Source of the DNA: Vicinamibacterales bacterium
Lineage (GTDB): Bacteria > Acidobacteriota > Vicinamibacteria > Vicinamibacterales > CAVVIG01
DNA length: 64,000 bases
Reading direction: 5' to 3'
NCBI GenBank assembly: GCA_036848175.1
Contig: DAIUKO010000002.1
Location: forward strand, 886-64,885
In this document: positions 49,057-57,793 of the stretch, one piece after another
How positions within the stretch are numbered: the stretch's first letter is position 1
Layout: the number at the start of each line of letters is the position of its first letter
The notes under the pieces: model-generated
What the model saw: the letters and a program-made list of their open reading frames with translations, nothing else
What the model was told of the DNA's origin: nothing
The model's database searches: none
Position numbers and translations under genes: made by a program

Positions 49057-49980
49057 ATGGGTTTCCTCGGCCGCATTCGCGACGGCCTCTCGCGCACCAA
49101 ACAACAGATCGTCGAACGCTTCGACGACATCGTCCGCCTCGCTGATGAGCCGCAGCGGCGATCGCGGGCCATCGACGTCGAAACCGTCGACGCGCTCGAG
49201 GAACTGCTCATTTCCGCCGACATCGGCGTCGCCGCGACGGATCGCATCATCGCGGCGGTGAAGTCGCGTCCGCCGAACGGCGCGAGTCTGCGCGATCTCG
49301 TCAAGGGGGAGATTCACGGCGTGTTCGCGTCCGTCGATCGCCCCGTCACGGTTGGGCAGCATCCAAAGGTCACGTTGATCGTCGGCGTCAACGGCACCGG
49401 CAAGACGACGACGGTCGGGAAACTCGCGAATCTCTTGAAAGCCGAAGGCCAGATGCCGCTCATCTGCGCGGCCGACACGTTTCGCGCCGCCGCCGTCGAG
49501 CAGCTCGAGATCTGGGCCAAGCGCGCTGGCGTCGACATGATCCGCGCGAAGGAGGGCTCGGATCCGGCGGCTGTCGTGTTCGATGCGATTTCGTCGGGAA
49601 AGGCCAAAGGGCGCGATCCGATCCTCGTCGACACCGCCGGCCGCCTGCACACGCGCGTCAACTTGATGAACGAGCTCGACAAGATCCGCCGGATCGCGTC
49701 GCGCGAAGTGCCGGGCGCGCCCCAGGAAGTGTTGCTCGTGCTCGATGCGACGGTCGGCCAGAACGGCGTGACCCAGGCACGCGAATTCATGGGCGCTGCC
49801 GGCGTGAACGGCATCGTGTTGACCAAGCTCGATGGTACGGCAAAGGGCGGCGTCGCGGTCGCGATCGCCCACGATCTCAAGCTGCCGATCCGCTACGTCG
49901 GCGTGGGCGAGGGGATCGACGACCTCGTCCCCTTCGACGCCAACGAGTACGTCGATGGTTTGTTCGAAGAGACATGGTAG
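49057..49980 (+). CDS. ftsY: Signal recognition particle receptor FtsY
   Basis: MGFLGRIRDGLSRTKQQI.. and the NG domain with GVNGTGKTTT, DTAGRL and TKLDGTAKGG. ATG 49036 is an alternative start. Confidence 0.93.
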   Translation: MGFLGRIRDGLSRTKQQIVERFDDIVRLADEPQRRSRAIDVETVDALEELLISADIGVAATDRIIAAVKSRPPNGASLRDLVKGEIHGVFASVDRPVTVGQHPKVTLIVGVNGTGKTTTVGKLANLLKAEGQMPLICAADTFRAAAVEQLEIWAKRAGVDMIRAKEGSDPAAVVFDAISSGKAKGRDPILVDTAGRLHTRVNLMNELDKIRRIASREVPGAPQEVLLVLDATVGQNGVTQAREFMGAAGVNGIVLTKLDGTAKGGVAVAIAHDLKLPIRYVGVGEGIDDLVPFDANEYVDGLFEETW

Positions 49981-51080
49981 CGACTGCGGCCAATCCTGCG
50001 CGCGATCACCAGTACATGGACCGCGCGCTGTTTCATGCCGCGCGCGGCCGCGGCCGGACGAGGCCGAACCCTCTGGTCGGCGCGGTCGTCGTGTCGCCGG
50101 AGGGCGTCATCGTCGGCACCGGCTATCACGCCCGCGCAGGAGAACCACATGCGGAAGTCCGGGCGCTGGCTGAAGCCGGCGAACGCGCGCAAGGCTCGAC
50201 GTTGTATTGCACGCTCGAGCCATGCTGTCACCACGGGCGCACAGGTCCGTGCGTGGTTCGCATCGTCGAGAGCCGGATCGCCCGCGTCGTCGCGTCGGTG
50301 GAGGATCCGAATCCGCTGGTGCGAGGCCAGGGGTTTGCGTTCCTGCGCGCGCACGGCCTCACGGTCGACGTCGGCGTCTGCGCCGACCGCGCGATCGATC
50401 TCAATCAGCCGTTCTTCACGCTCATGCGCGAGCATCGGCCGTTCGTGATCCTGAAGGCGGCGACGAGCCTGGACGGCCGCATCGCCGAATCGCCGGGCCG
50501 GCGGACGCAGCTCAGCTCGGCGCCGGCAAACCGTCACGTGCACTGCTTCCGGGCCGAGGTCGACGCCATCGGCGTCGGCAGCGGGACAGTACTCATCGAC
50601 GATCCGGAATTGACGGCGCGCGGCGTCTATCGCGAGGATCCGCTCTGCCGAATCGTGTTCGACCGCAGCCTGCGGACGCCGCCGTCGGCACGCATGCACT
50701 CGACAGGCGTGGATTCGCCTGTCATCATCGTGACCACGGCTGAGGCGGCGAGCCGGACGGAACTGCGGAGGCCGCTCGAGGATGCGGGGGTGGAGATCGA
50801 GGTCGCGCGCGACGGCACCTTCCGCGCCGCGCTCGAACGGTTGGCCGCGCGCGACATCGGATCGCTGATGCTCGAGGGCGGCGCCGCGCTGCACTGCGCC
50901 GCGTGGGACGAAGGACTCGTCGATTTCGTCAGCCTCTACGTCACGCCGCACGTCCTCGGCGCCGCCGGCGTGGAACTGCTGCGCTCACGATCGTTCTCGA
51001 CCTCCGCGCTGCACAAGCTCGTCGTGGCGCCGCTCGGTCCCGACGTGCTGATTGAAGGGTATGTTCACAGGCCTCATTGA
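49974..51080 (+). CDS. ribD: Bifunctional riboflavin biosynthesis deaminase/reductase RibD
   Basis: Deaminase zinc site [21 protein letters not shown], and a C-terminal reductase domain. The start overlaps the ftsY 3' end (alternative Met at 50016). Confidence 0.93.
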   Translation: MVATAANPARDHQYMDRALFHAARGRGRTRPNPLVGAVVVSPEGVIVGTGYHARAGEPHAEVRALAEAGERAQGSTLYCTLEPCCHHGRTGPCVVRIVESRIARVVASVEDPNPLVRGQGFAFLRAHGLTVDVGVCADRAIDLNQPFFTLMREHRPFVILKAATSLDGRIAESPGRRTQLSSAPANRHVHCFRAEVDAIGVGSGTVLIDDPELTARGVYREDPLCRIVFDRSLRTPPSARMHSTGVDSPVIIVTTAEAASRTELRRPLEDAGVEIEVARDGTFRAALERLAARDIGSLMLEGGAALHCAAWDEGLVDFVSLYVTPHVLGAAGVELLRSRSFSTSALHKLVVAPLGPDVLIEGYVHRPH

Positions 51081-51687
51081 AGCGGTCGGCGAGCTCGTCG
51101 AGCGCAAACCGACGAGCGGCGGCTTCCGGCTGCGCATCGCGACGGCGATCGCGCCGGAGCTCGCCCCGGGCGACAGCATCGCGGTGAACGGGGTGTGCCT
51201 GACCGTCATCCTGACTGAGGCCGACGAGCTGCACGCGGACGTCGGACCGGAGACGGTGCGCGTCACGACGCTCGGCGGGCTGCCGCGCGGGGGCCGCGTC
51301 AATCTCGAGCGGCCGCTTCGCGCCGACAGCCGCTTCGGCGGCCATTTCGTGCAGGGCCACGTCGACGCGATCGGGCACATCGAGGACCTCCGCGCCGACG
51401 CCGACTTTCACTGGATGACCGTGAGCTTTCCCCCGCATCTCGCGCCGTACATCGTCCACAAGGGATCGATCGCGGTCGATGGCATCAGTCTGACCGTCGC
51501 CGGCCTCGGCGCCGATCGCTTCGACATCATGGTCGTGCCGTACACGATGACGCACACCAACATCGGCGGCGCGCAAATCAGGGACCGCGTCAACCTCGAA
51601 TGCGATATGGTCGGGAAATACGTCGTGCGGGCGGCGGAGCTCGCCGGCCTCACGCTCAGTGTGGGCAGACATGAAACGACGCATTGA
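51061..51687 (+). CDS. ribE: Riboflavin synthase (alpha chain)
   Basis: [12 protein letters not shown].. with duplicated lumazine-binding repeats ([11 protein letters not shown] and [11 protein letters not shown]). Confidence 0.93.
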   Translation: MFTGLIEAVGELVERKPTSGGFRLRIATAIAPELAPGDSIAVNGVCLTVILTEADELHADVGPETVRVTTLGGLPRGGRVNLERPLRADSRFGGHFVQGHVDAIGHIEDLRADADFHWMTVSFPPHLAPYIVHKGSIAVDGISLTVAGLGADRFDIMVVPYTMTHTNIGGAQIRDRVNLECDMVGKYVVRAAELAGLTLSVGRHETTH

Positions 51688-52918
51688 AATCGCCAAGGGC
51701 CTGCGCAAGAAGGCGTCGCCGTTCGCCAGCATCGAAGACGCGGTCGCCGCCATCCGCGACGGCCGGATGATCATCGTCGTCGACGACGAGGATCGCGAGA
51801 ACGAAGGCGATCTGACGATCGCGGCCGAGAAGATCACGCCCGAGGCGATCAACTTCATGGCCCGCCACGGACGCGGGCTGATCTGCCTGTCGATGACGCC
51901 CGAGCGCATCGACGAGCTCGAAATCCCGCTGATGGTCTCGCAAAACACGTCGCGGTTCGAGACCGGTTTCTGCGTGACGATCGAAGCGAAGGGGCGCACG
52001 ACCACCGGCATCTCCGCCGCCGACCGCGCGGCGACGGTACTGACCGCCCTCGATCCCGCCACGCGGCCGTCGGATCTGGCGCGGCCGGGACACATGTTTC
52101 CGCTGCGCTCGCGGACGGGCGGCGTACTCGTTCGCACCGGTCAGACCGAAGCAGCCGTGGACCTGGCGCGCATCGCCGGCCTCTATCCCGCCGGCGTCAT
52201 CTGCGAGGTGATGAACGAAGACGGAACGATGGCGCGCGTGCCGCAGCTGGCGCGCTTCGCGAAGCGCCACGGCCTGCTGATGATCACCATCGCGGATCTG
52301 ATCAAGTACCGCATTCGCACCGAATCGCTCGTCAAGCGCGTCGCCTCCGCGAAGCTGCCGACGCGCTACGGCGAGTTTCAGGTGCACGTGTTCGAGAACC
52401 AGGTGGACGAGCAGGAGCACGTCGCGCTCGTCTGCGGAGAGATCGGCGACGGTCAGAACGTGCTGGTTCGCGTCCATTCGTCGTGCCTGACCGGCGACGT
52501 GCTGCACTCGGTCCGCTGCGACTGCGGCGCGCAGCGCGACGCCGCGATGCAGCGGATCGCCGCGGAGGGCCGCGGTGTCCTCCTCTATCTCAATCAGGAA
52601 GGACGCGGCATCGGCCTCGCGAACAAGATCCGCGCCTACGAGCTGCAGGACGAAGGGTTCGACACCGTCGAAGCCAACGAGCAGCTCGGCTTCAAGGCCG
52701 ATCAGCGCGACTACGGCATGGGCGTCCAGATTCTCCGCGAGCTCGGCATCCGCTCGATGCGGTTGTTGAGCAACAACCCGCGCAAGCTCGTGGGCATTCG
52801 CGGGTACGGCTTGTCGGTCAGCGAGTGGCTACCGCTCGAGATCCCCGCATCGGAGTCGACGCGGCGATATTTGAAGACGAAGAAAGAGAAGCTCGGACAC
52901 AAGCTCTCGTCGGTCTAG
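51671..52918 (+). CDS. ribBA: Bifunctional 3,4-dihydroxy-2-butanone-4-phosphate synthase / GTP cyclohydrolase II
   Basis: [11 protein letters not shown] (RibB) and [18 protein letters not shown] (RibA zinc site). ATG 51671 is preferred, and it overlaps the ribE end. Confidence 0.95.
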   Translation: MKRRIEIAKGLRKKASPFASIEDAVAAIRDGRMIIVVDDEDRENEGDLTIAAEKITPEAINFMARHGRGLICLSMTPERIDELEIPLMVSQNTSRFETGFCVTIEAKGRTTTGISAADRAATVLTALDPATRPSDLARPGHMFPLRSRTGGVLVRTGQTEAAVDLARIAGLYPAGVICEVMNEDGTMARVPQLARFAKRHGLLMITIADLIKYRIRTESLVKRVASAKLPTRYGEFQVHVFENQVDEQEHVALVCGEIGDGQNVLVRVHSSCLTGDVLHSVRCDCGAQRDAAMQRIAAEGRGVLLYLNQEGRGIGLANKIRAYELQDEGFDTVEANEQLGFKADQRDYGMGVQILRELGIRSMRLLSNNPRKLVGIRGYGLSVSEWLPLEIPASESTRRYLKTKKEKLGHKLSSV

Positions 52919-52979
52919 GTGGCTCGCTCGCTCGTGGGCGGCGCTGCGCGCCGTGGGGGTCGCTTCGGCCGTGGGTCGA

Positions 52980-53009
52980 TTGACAGTGCGGCGGTCCGTC
53001 TTCTACGAT
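52980..53009 (+). promoter_or_regulatory. Candidate sigma70-type promoter TTGACA-N18-TACGAT
   Basis: Consensus -35 hexamer, in an AT-richer spacer after ribBA and upstream of ORF 53042. Confidence 0.4.
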
Positions 53010-53041
53010 CTTGAATTGCATTTTTTCTGTAGAAGCTTGCT

Positions 53042-53365
53042 GTGAGTGTAAAAGGCCAACTCCGCGCGTGTCAGGACTTCCTCATGGTGGGGATGCGCTC
53101 GGTCGAGCGCTCCTCCTCGTCGAATTCCGAGGCCGGCAGGGTCCTGCGCGCCTGCCTCGACCTTGTTGAACAACTGGTCCGGTCATCCGAGAACGTGAAA
53201 GCGGCAGAGGTCGAAACGACGCTCGCCGTGTTGAATAAGGCGGCCGCGGAATTCTCGGCCGACGAAGCGTCAGCCACCGCCGTGGTTTCCGCCCTCCGCA
53301 ATGCGGTCGGCCGCCTGCACGCCCTTCGCGACGAGATGAAAGGCGGCCAAGTCGCCCCTCGCTGA
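53042..53365 (+). CDS. Hypothetical protein (107 aa from GTG; internal ATGs at 53084/53093)
   Basis: High third-position GC in this frame and a predicted all-helical sequence. I recognise no family. It is not YlxM-like despite its position before ffh. Confidence 0.5.
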   Translation: MSVKGQLRACQDFLMVGMRSVERSSSSNSEAGRVLRACLDLVEQLVRSSENVKAAEVETTLAVLNKAAAEFSADEASATAVVSALRNAVGRLHALRDEMKGGQVAPR

Positions 53366-53395
53366 TTGACACCCCGTCAGCGCCTCAGCTACGAT
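53366..53395 (+). promoter_or_regulatory. Candidate sigma70-type promoter TTGACA-N18-TACGAT upstream of ffh
   Basis: Same hexamers and spacing as the 52980 promoter. The -35 begins 1 nt after the stop of the upstream ORF, and the -10 ends 31 nt before the ffh ATG. Confidence 0.45.
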
Positions 53396-53426
53396 AAGCG
53401 TTTGCGTTAGAGCGGGTTAGCGCTCC

Positions 53427-54800
53427 ATGTTCGAGTCACTGAGCACACGTCTCCAGGACGTCTTCGCCAGTCTGCGCGGCCAGCCGCGCCTGACGCCCGA
53501 ATCGATCGAGGCGGCGCTCCGTGAGATCCGTCTCGCGCTGCTCGAAGCCGACGTCAACTTCAAGGTCGTCAAGGCGTTCATCGATCGCGTCCGCGACCGC
53601 GCGATGGACGCGCTCAAAGAGAACGACATCCTGCGCACGCTGGCGCCGTCGCAGCAAGTCGTCAGAATCGTCCGCGACGAAATGGTCGCGCTCTTCGGCA
53701 ACGCCGAAGGCGGTCTGCAGCCGTCGACCAAACGGCTGCGGGTGATCCTGCTCCTCGGCCTGCAGGGCGCGGGCAAGACGACGACGGCCGGGAAGCTCGG
53801 GAAGTGGCTGGTGAAGCAGGGGCGCCACCCGCTGCTCGTCTCGACCGACGTCAAGCGTCCGGCGGCCATTCAGCAGCTGAACGTCGTCGGACAGAAGGCG
53901 TCGATCCGCGTTCACGATCCGGTCGGCCAGATGGATCCGGTGGCGCGTGCGAAGGGAGCGGTCGCCGAGGCTTCGAATCTTGGGTTCGATACGGTCATCG
54001 TCGACACCGCCGGCCGCCTGCACATCGACGACGAGTTGATGCACGAGCTCGTCGCGATCCAGCAGGCCACCGATCCGTCGGATCGGCTGTTCGTCGCCGA
54101 CGCGATGACCGGACAGGACGCGATCAAGAGCGCCGGCGAATTCAACGCGCGCGTCGGCGTCACCGGGGTCGTGCTCACGAAGCTCGACGGCGATGCGCGT
54201 GGAGGCGCCGCGTTGTCCGTCGTCTCGGTCGTCGGGGTGCCGATCGCCTTCGCCGGCAGCGGCGAGCGGCTCGAGGATCTGGAGCCATTTCATCCCGAGC
54301 GCGTCGTCTCGCGCGTGCTGGGGATGGGTGACGTGCTGTCGCTCATCGAAAAGGCCGAAGCGGCGATCACCGAAGAAGATGCGGAGCGGCTCGAAGAGAA
54401 GATTCGCGCCAACGAGTTCACGCTCGAGGACTTCCGCGATCAGCTCAAGATGATCAAGAAGATGGGGCCGCTCGAATCGATCATGGGGATGCTGCCCGGC
54501 TTCGGCAACATCAAGGCGCTCGCGGAGAACAAGCCCGATGAGAACCAGATGGCCCGGGTCGAGGCGATCATCTGCTCGATGACCCCCGACGAGCGGCGCA
54601 AGCAGCACATCATCAACGGCAGCCGCCGCAAGCGGATCGCGAAGGGCAGTGGAACGTCGGTCGAAGAAGTGAATCGTCTGCTCAAGCAGTTCGTGCAGAT
54701 GCAGAAGATGTTGAAGCAGCTCGGCGGGATGGCCGGGCTGTCCGGCGGCGGGAAGAAAGCCCGCCGCCAGGCGATGCAGATGCTGCGCAACCGCCGGTAG
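53427..54800 (+). CDS. ffh: Signal recognition particle protein Ffh
   Basis: MFESLSTRLQDVF.., NG domain with GLQGAGKTTT, DTAGRL and TKLDGDARGG, and a Met-rich M domain. Confidence 0.97.
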   Translation: MFESLSTRLQDVFASLRGQPRLTPESIEAALREIRLALLEADVNFKVVKAFIDRVRDRAMDALKENDILRTLAPSQQVVRIVRDEMVALFGNAEGGLQPSTKRLRVILLLGLQGAGKTTTAGKLGKWLVKQGRHPLLVSTDVKRPAAIQQLNVVGQKASIRVHDPVGQMDPVARAKGAVAEASNLGFDTVIVDTAGRLHIDDELMHELVAIQQATDPSDRLFVADAMTGQDAIKSAGEFNARVGVTGVVLTKLDGDARGGAALSVVSVVGVPIAFAGSGERLEDLEPFHPERVVSRVLGMGDVLSLIEKAEAAITEEDAERLEEKIRANEFTLEDFRDQLKMIKKMGPLESIMGMLPGFGNIKALAENKPDENQMARVEAIICSMTPDERRKQHIINGSRRKRIAKGSGTSVEEVNRLLKQFVQMQKMLKQLGGMAGLSGGGKKARRQAMQMLRNRR

Positions 54801-54895
54801 CGGCGGTGGCTCGAAGCGGCGGCCCTTCCGGGGCGCCGGAGCGCAGCGAAACAGACGTTCGGGTACGAGTCCCGCGCGTCGATTAGGAGCGTCAG

Positions 54896-55177
54896 ATGGT
54901 CGTCATTCGTTTGCGTCGGGCCGGATCCAAGAAGCGCCCGTTCTTCCGCGTCGTCGTCACCGATTCGCGCACGGCGCGCGACAGCTCGTTCGTCGAAATC
55001 CTCGGACACTACAATCCGCGCACCAAGCCCGCGGTCGTGCACGTGGACAAGGAACGCGTCGATTTCTGGTTGAAGAAGGGCGCGGTGCCCTCCGATACGG
55101 TACGCACGCTCATCGAGCGTCATCTCACGCCGGCGCCGGCGCCCGCGCCCGCGGCGGCGGCGGCTGAGGCGAAGTAA
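54896..55177 (+). CDS. rpsP: 30S ribosomal protein S16
   Basis: MVVIRLRRAGSKKRPFFRVVVTDSRTARDSSFVEILGHYNP.., with AGGAG 6 nt upstream. Confidence 0.97.
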   Translation: MVVIRLRRAGSKKRPFFRVVVTDSRTARDSSFVEILGHYNPRTKPAVVHVDKERVDFWLKKGAVPSDTVRTLIERHLTPAPAPAPAAAAAEAK

Positions 55178-55178
55178 C

Positions 55179-55424
55179 ATGCCGGGCGTTCGTGAAGTCG
55201 TCGAGGTGATGGCGAAGGCGCTCGCCGATCAGCCGGACGACGTTCGCGTGACCGAATCGCAGCACAAGCACGTCACGGTCATCGAGCTGTTCGTGTCGCC
55301 GCGCGATCTCGGGAAGTTGATCGGACGTCAAGGTCGAACCGCCGCCGCGCTGCGCACGCTGGCGTCGACGGCGGGGGAACGTGAAGGCAAGCAGGTCACG
55401 CTGGAGATTCGCGAAGAACGATGA
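55179..55424 (+). CDS. KH domain RNA-binding protein (UPF0109/YlqC-like)
   Basis: GKLIGRQGRTAAALRTL KH motif, in the conserved position between rpsP and rimM. Confidence 0.85.
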   Translation: MPGVREVVEVMAKALADQPDDVRVTESQHKHVTVIELFVSPRDLGKLIGRQGRTAAALRTLASTAGEREGKQVTLEIREER

Positions 55425-55939
55425 TTCTGGTGGGACGGATTGCGCGGGCGCACGGTCTTCGCGGCCAGGTCATCGTGAATCTTGAAACCGACTTTCCGGA
55501 GACGCGGTTTCAACCCGGCGCCGAACTGTTCATCGAGCGCGGCGGCGCGGTCAGCGCGCTGAGACTCACGACGGTCCGCTTTCACCGCGATCGTCCGGTG
55601 GTCGGCATCGAGGGCGTCACGACGATCAGCGAGGCCGAGGCGCTGGCCGGCTGCGAGCTGCGCGTTCCAGCCGATCGGCTTGCGCCGTTGCCGGCCGGGA
55701 CCTTTTACCATCACGATCTCGTCGGCTGTCGCGTCGAGACCAGCGACGGCCGAACGGTGGGGATGGTCAGCGGCGTCGAAGGGACGATGACCGGCAGCCG
55801 GTTGGTGATCGACGGCGCGCGCGGCGAGATTCTGATCCCGTTGGCGAATGAGATCTGCCCGACGATCGACATCGAGAGAAAGCTGATCGTCGTCGATCCG
55901 CCGGAAGGACTGTTGGACTTGAACACGACGTCCGCCTGA
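55421..55939 (+). CDS. rimM: 16S rRNA processing protein RimM
   Basis: MILVGRIARAHGLRGQVIV.. with a PRC barrel C-terminal domain. ATGA overlap with the upstream gene. Confidence 0.92.
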   Translation: MILVGRIARAHGLRGQVIVNLETDFPETRFQPGAELFIERGGAVSALRLTTVRFHRDRPVVGIEGVTTISEAEALAGCELRVPADRLAPLPAGTFYHHDLVGCRVETSDGRTVGMVSGVEGTMTGSRLVIDGARGEILIPLANEICPTIDIERKLIVVDPPEGLLDLNTTSA

Positions 55940-55967
55940 GGATCACGAGGCTCAGCCGGACCAAAGC

Positions 55968-56702
55968 ATGACGCTAGACATTGTCACGATCTTTCCGGCG
56001 ATGATCGAGCAGCCGCTGGCGGCCGGGATCCTCGGACGTGCGATCGAGCGGGGCACGCTCGACGTGAAGGTTCGCGACCTGCGTGACTTCACGACCGACC
56101 GCCATCGCGTCGTCGACGATGTGCCGTACGGCGGTGGGCCGGGGATGGTGCTGAAGCCGGAGCCGATCTTTCGCGCGCTCGATGCGATCGAGGCGGAGCG
56201 GGGAAGGCCGCTGACGGTGATCCTGACCTCGCCGCAGGGGACGCGGCTGACGCAGACGGTCGCGCAACGGTTGAGCGGCGCCGACCATCTGGTGTTGTTG
56301 TGCGGCCGCTACGAGGGGTTCGACGACCGGGTGCGCGAGCGCGCGACGGAGGAGATTTCGATCGGCGACTACGTGCTCACCGGCGGCGAGCTGCCGGCGC
56401 TGGTGATTCTCGATGCGGTGGCGCGGTACGTTCGCGGCGTCGTCGGCGACGAACAGTCGGTGGCGGAGGATTCGTTCAGCCGCGGGCTGCTCGACTTCCC
56501 GCAGTTCACGCGCCCGGCGGAGATCGCCGAGCTGCGCGTGCCGGACGTGCTGCTCTCGGGCAATCACGCGGAGATTCGGCGATGGCGCAAGCGCGAAGCG
56601 TTGACGCGGACGCTGGCACGGCGGCCGGACCTGTTGGCCGACGCCACGCTGGACGAGGAAGAACGAGAAATATTGAAGGAGTTGGGACATGGGCGCGATT
56701 GA
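55968..56702 (+). CDS. trmD: tRNA (guanine37-N1)-methyltransferase
   Basis: DIVTIFPAM.., [25 protein letters not shown] and [14 protein letters not shown] motifs. Confidence 0.96.
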   Translation: MTLDIVTIFPAMIEQPLAAGILGRAIERGTLDVKVRDLRDFTTDRHRVVDDVPYGGGPGMVLKPEPIFRALDAIEAERGRPLTVILTSPQGTRLTQTVAQRLSGADHLVLLCGRYEGFDDRVRERATEEISIGDYVLTGGELPALVILDAVARYVRGVVGDEQSVAEDSFSRGLLDFPQFTRPAEIAELRVPDVLLSGNHAEIRRWRKREALTRTLARRPDLLADATLDEEEREILKELGHGRD

Positions 56703-57036
56703 GCTGGTGGAAAAGTCACAGCTGGCGGACCGGCCGGCAATGAAGGCGGGCGACACCGTCAAGGTGCACGTGAGGGTCCGCGAGGGCGACAAAGAGCGCA
56801 TCCAGATCTTCGAAGGCGTCGTGATCGGCCTCCACCGCGGCGGCACACGCGCCTCGTTCACGGTGCGCAAGGTGTCGTTCGGTCAGGGCGTCGAGCGGAT
56901 TTTCCCGCTGCACTCGCCGACGATTCAGAAAGTCGAGGTCACGCGGTCGGCCAAGGTCCGCCGCGCCAAGCTCTACTACCTGCGCGATCTCAAGGGCAAG
57001 GCGGCGCGCATGAAAGAAGGGGCCAGCAAGGCCTGA
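56689..57036 (+). CDS. rplS: 50S ribosomal protein L19
   Basis: ..[58 protein letters not shown].. Confidence 0.96.
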   Translation: MGAIELVEKSQLADRPAMKAGDTVKVHVRVREGDKERIQIFEGVVIGLHRGGTRASFTVRKVSFGQGVERIFPLHSPTIQKVEVTRSAKVRRAKLYYLRDLKGKAARMKEGASKA

Positions 57037-57039
57037 AAA

Positions 57040-57157
57040 GTCTGAAGTCTGAAGTCTGAAGTTTGCCGTCTGAAGCCGGAACAGAACCTCCCGCTTGCCA
57101 CGCTTCAGACTTCTTCAAGCTTTCCGTACTTCAGACTTCAGACTTCAGACTTCAGAC
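57040..57157. repeat. Palindromic heptamer-repeat element C (GTCTGAA units / TTCAGAC units), nested hairpins
   Basis: gtctgaa x3 (57040-60), gtttgcc, gtctgaa (57068-74), loop, ttcagac (57104-10), spacer, ttcagac x4 (57130-57). The inner 8-bp stem is gtctgaag with cttcagac, and the outer arms can pair over up to 21 bp. Confidence 0.85.
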
Positions 57158-57161
57158 TTTC

Positions 57162-57785
57162 ATGACTCGCGTCCCCGCCATGCGCACGCTCGAGAACGCG
57201 CTGCGGCGCGTCGGGTTCGTGCACGTCGCCGGGGTCGACGAGGTGGGGCGCGGCTGTCTGGCGGGACCGGTCGTCGCGGCCGCCGTCGTTCTTCATCCCG
57301 ATCGACACATCGCCGGCGTGTGCGACTCGAAGCTCGTGCCGGCGTCCGAGCGCGAGCGCCTCTACGATCGGATCCTGCAGCACGCGGTCGCGTGGGCCGT
57401 GGCCGCGGCCGATCCCGCTGAAATCGATCGCATCAACATTCATCAGGCGTCGCTGCGTGCCATGCAGCGCGCGATCCTGTCGCTGGCGCCGCTGCCCGAC
57501 GTCGTGCTCGTCGACGCCTTCCGCGTGCCCGAACTGCCGATGGCGCAGCGCGGCGTGCCGCACGGCGACCGCCGTTGTTCGGCGATTGCCGCCGCCTCGA
57601 TCGTCGCGAAGGTCACGCGCGATCGGCAGATGCTCGAGCTCCACGACCGCGATCCGCGCTACGGATTCGATCGCCACAAAGGCTACGCCACGGCAGATCA
57701 TCTCGACGCGGTTGCGCGTTTCGGCTACTCAGAAGTGCACCGCCGCTCGTTCCGGCCTCCGACGCTGTTTGATACCATTGACTGA
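57162..57785 (+). CDS. rnhB: Ribonuclease HII
   Basis: VAGVDEVGRGCLAGPVVAAAVVL (DEDD site), SIVAKVTRD and GYATADH motifs. I prefer ATG 57162 because the track start 57063 lies inside repeat C. Confidence 0.92.
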   Translation: MTRVPAMRTLENALRRVGFVHVAGVDEVGRGCLAGPVVAAAVVLHPDRHIAGVCDSKLVPASERERLYDRILQHAVAWAVAAADPAEIDRINIHQASLRAMQRAILSLAPLPDVVLVDAFRVPELPMAQRGVPHGDRRCSAIAAASIVAKVTRDRQMLELHDRDPRYGFDRHKGYATADHLDAVARFGYSEVHRRSFRPPTLFDTID

Positions 57786-57793
57786 ATCCTCCT

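Noticed and set aside
49974-50016. FMN riboswitch before ribD, and TPP riboswitch before thiE (60263)
   Set aside because: Both genes start inside or directly against the preceding coding sequence, so no non-coding leader of the required length (>100 nt) exists.
52919-53426. Possible SRP (4.5S) RNA gene just upstream of ffh
   Set aside because: I looked for the conserved helix-8 features (GGAA-type tetraloop flanked by the symmetric and asymmetric loop motifs, AGCAGCC-like strand) on both strands and found no convincing match. A coding ORF plus two promoter-like elements explain the region better. A covariance-model scan would be decisive.
54815-54838. Terminator hairpin after ffh (cggcggccc-ttcc-ggggcgccg)
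   Set aside because: The arms are not properly complementary (only 3 consecutive pairs before a mismatch) and there is no U-tract. ffh-rpsP are usually co-transcribed.
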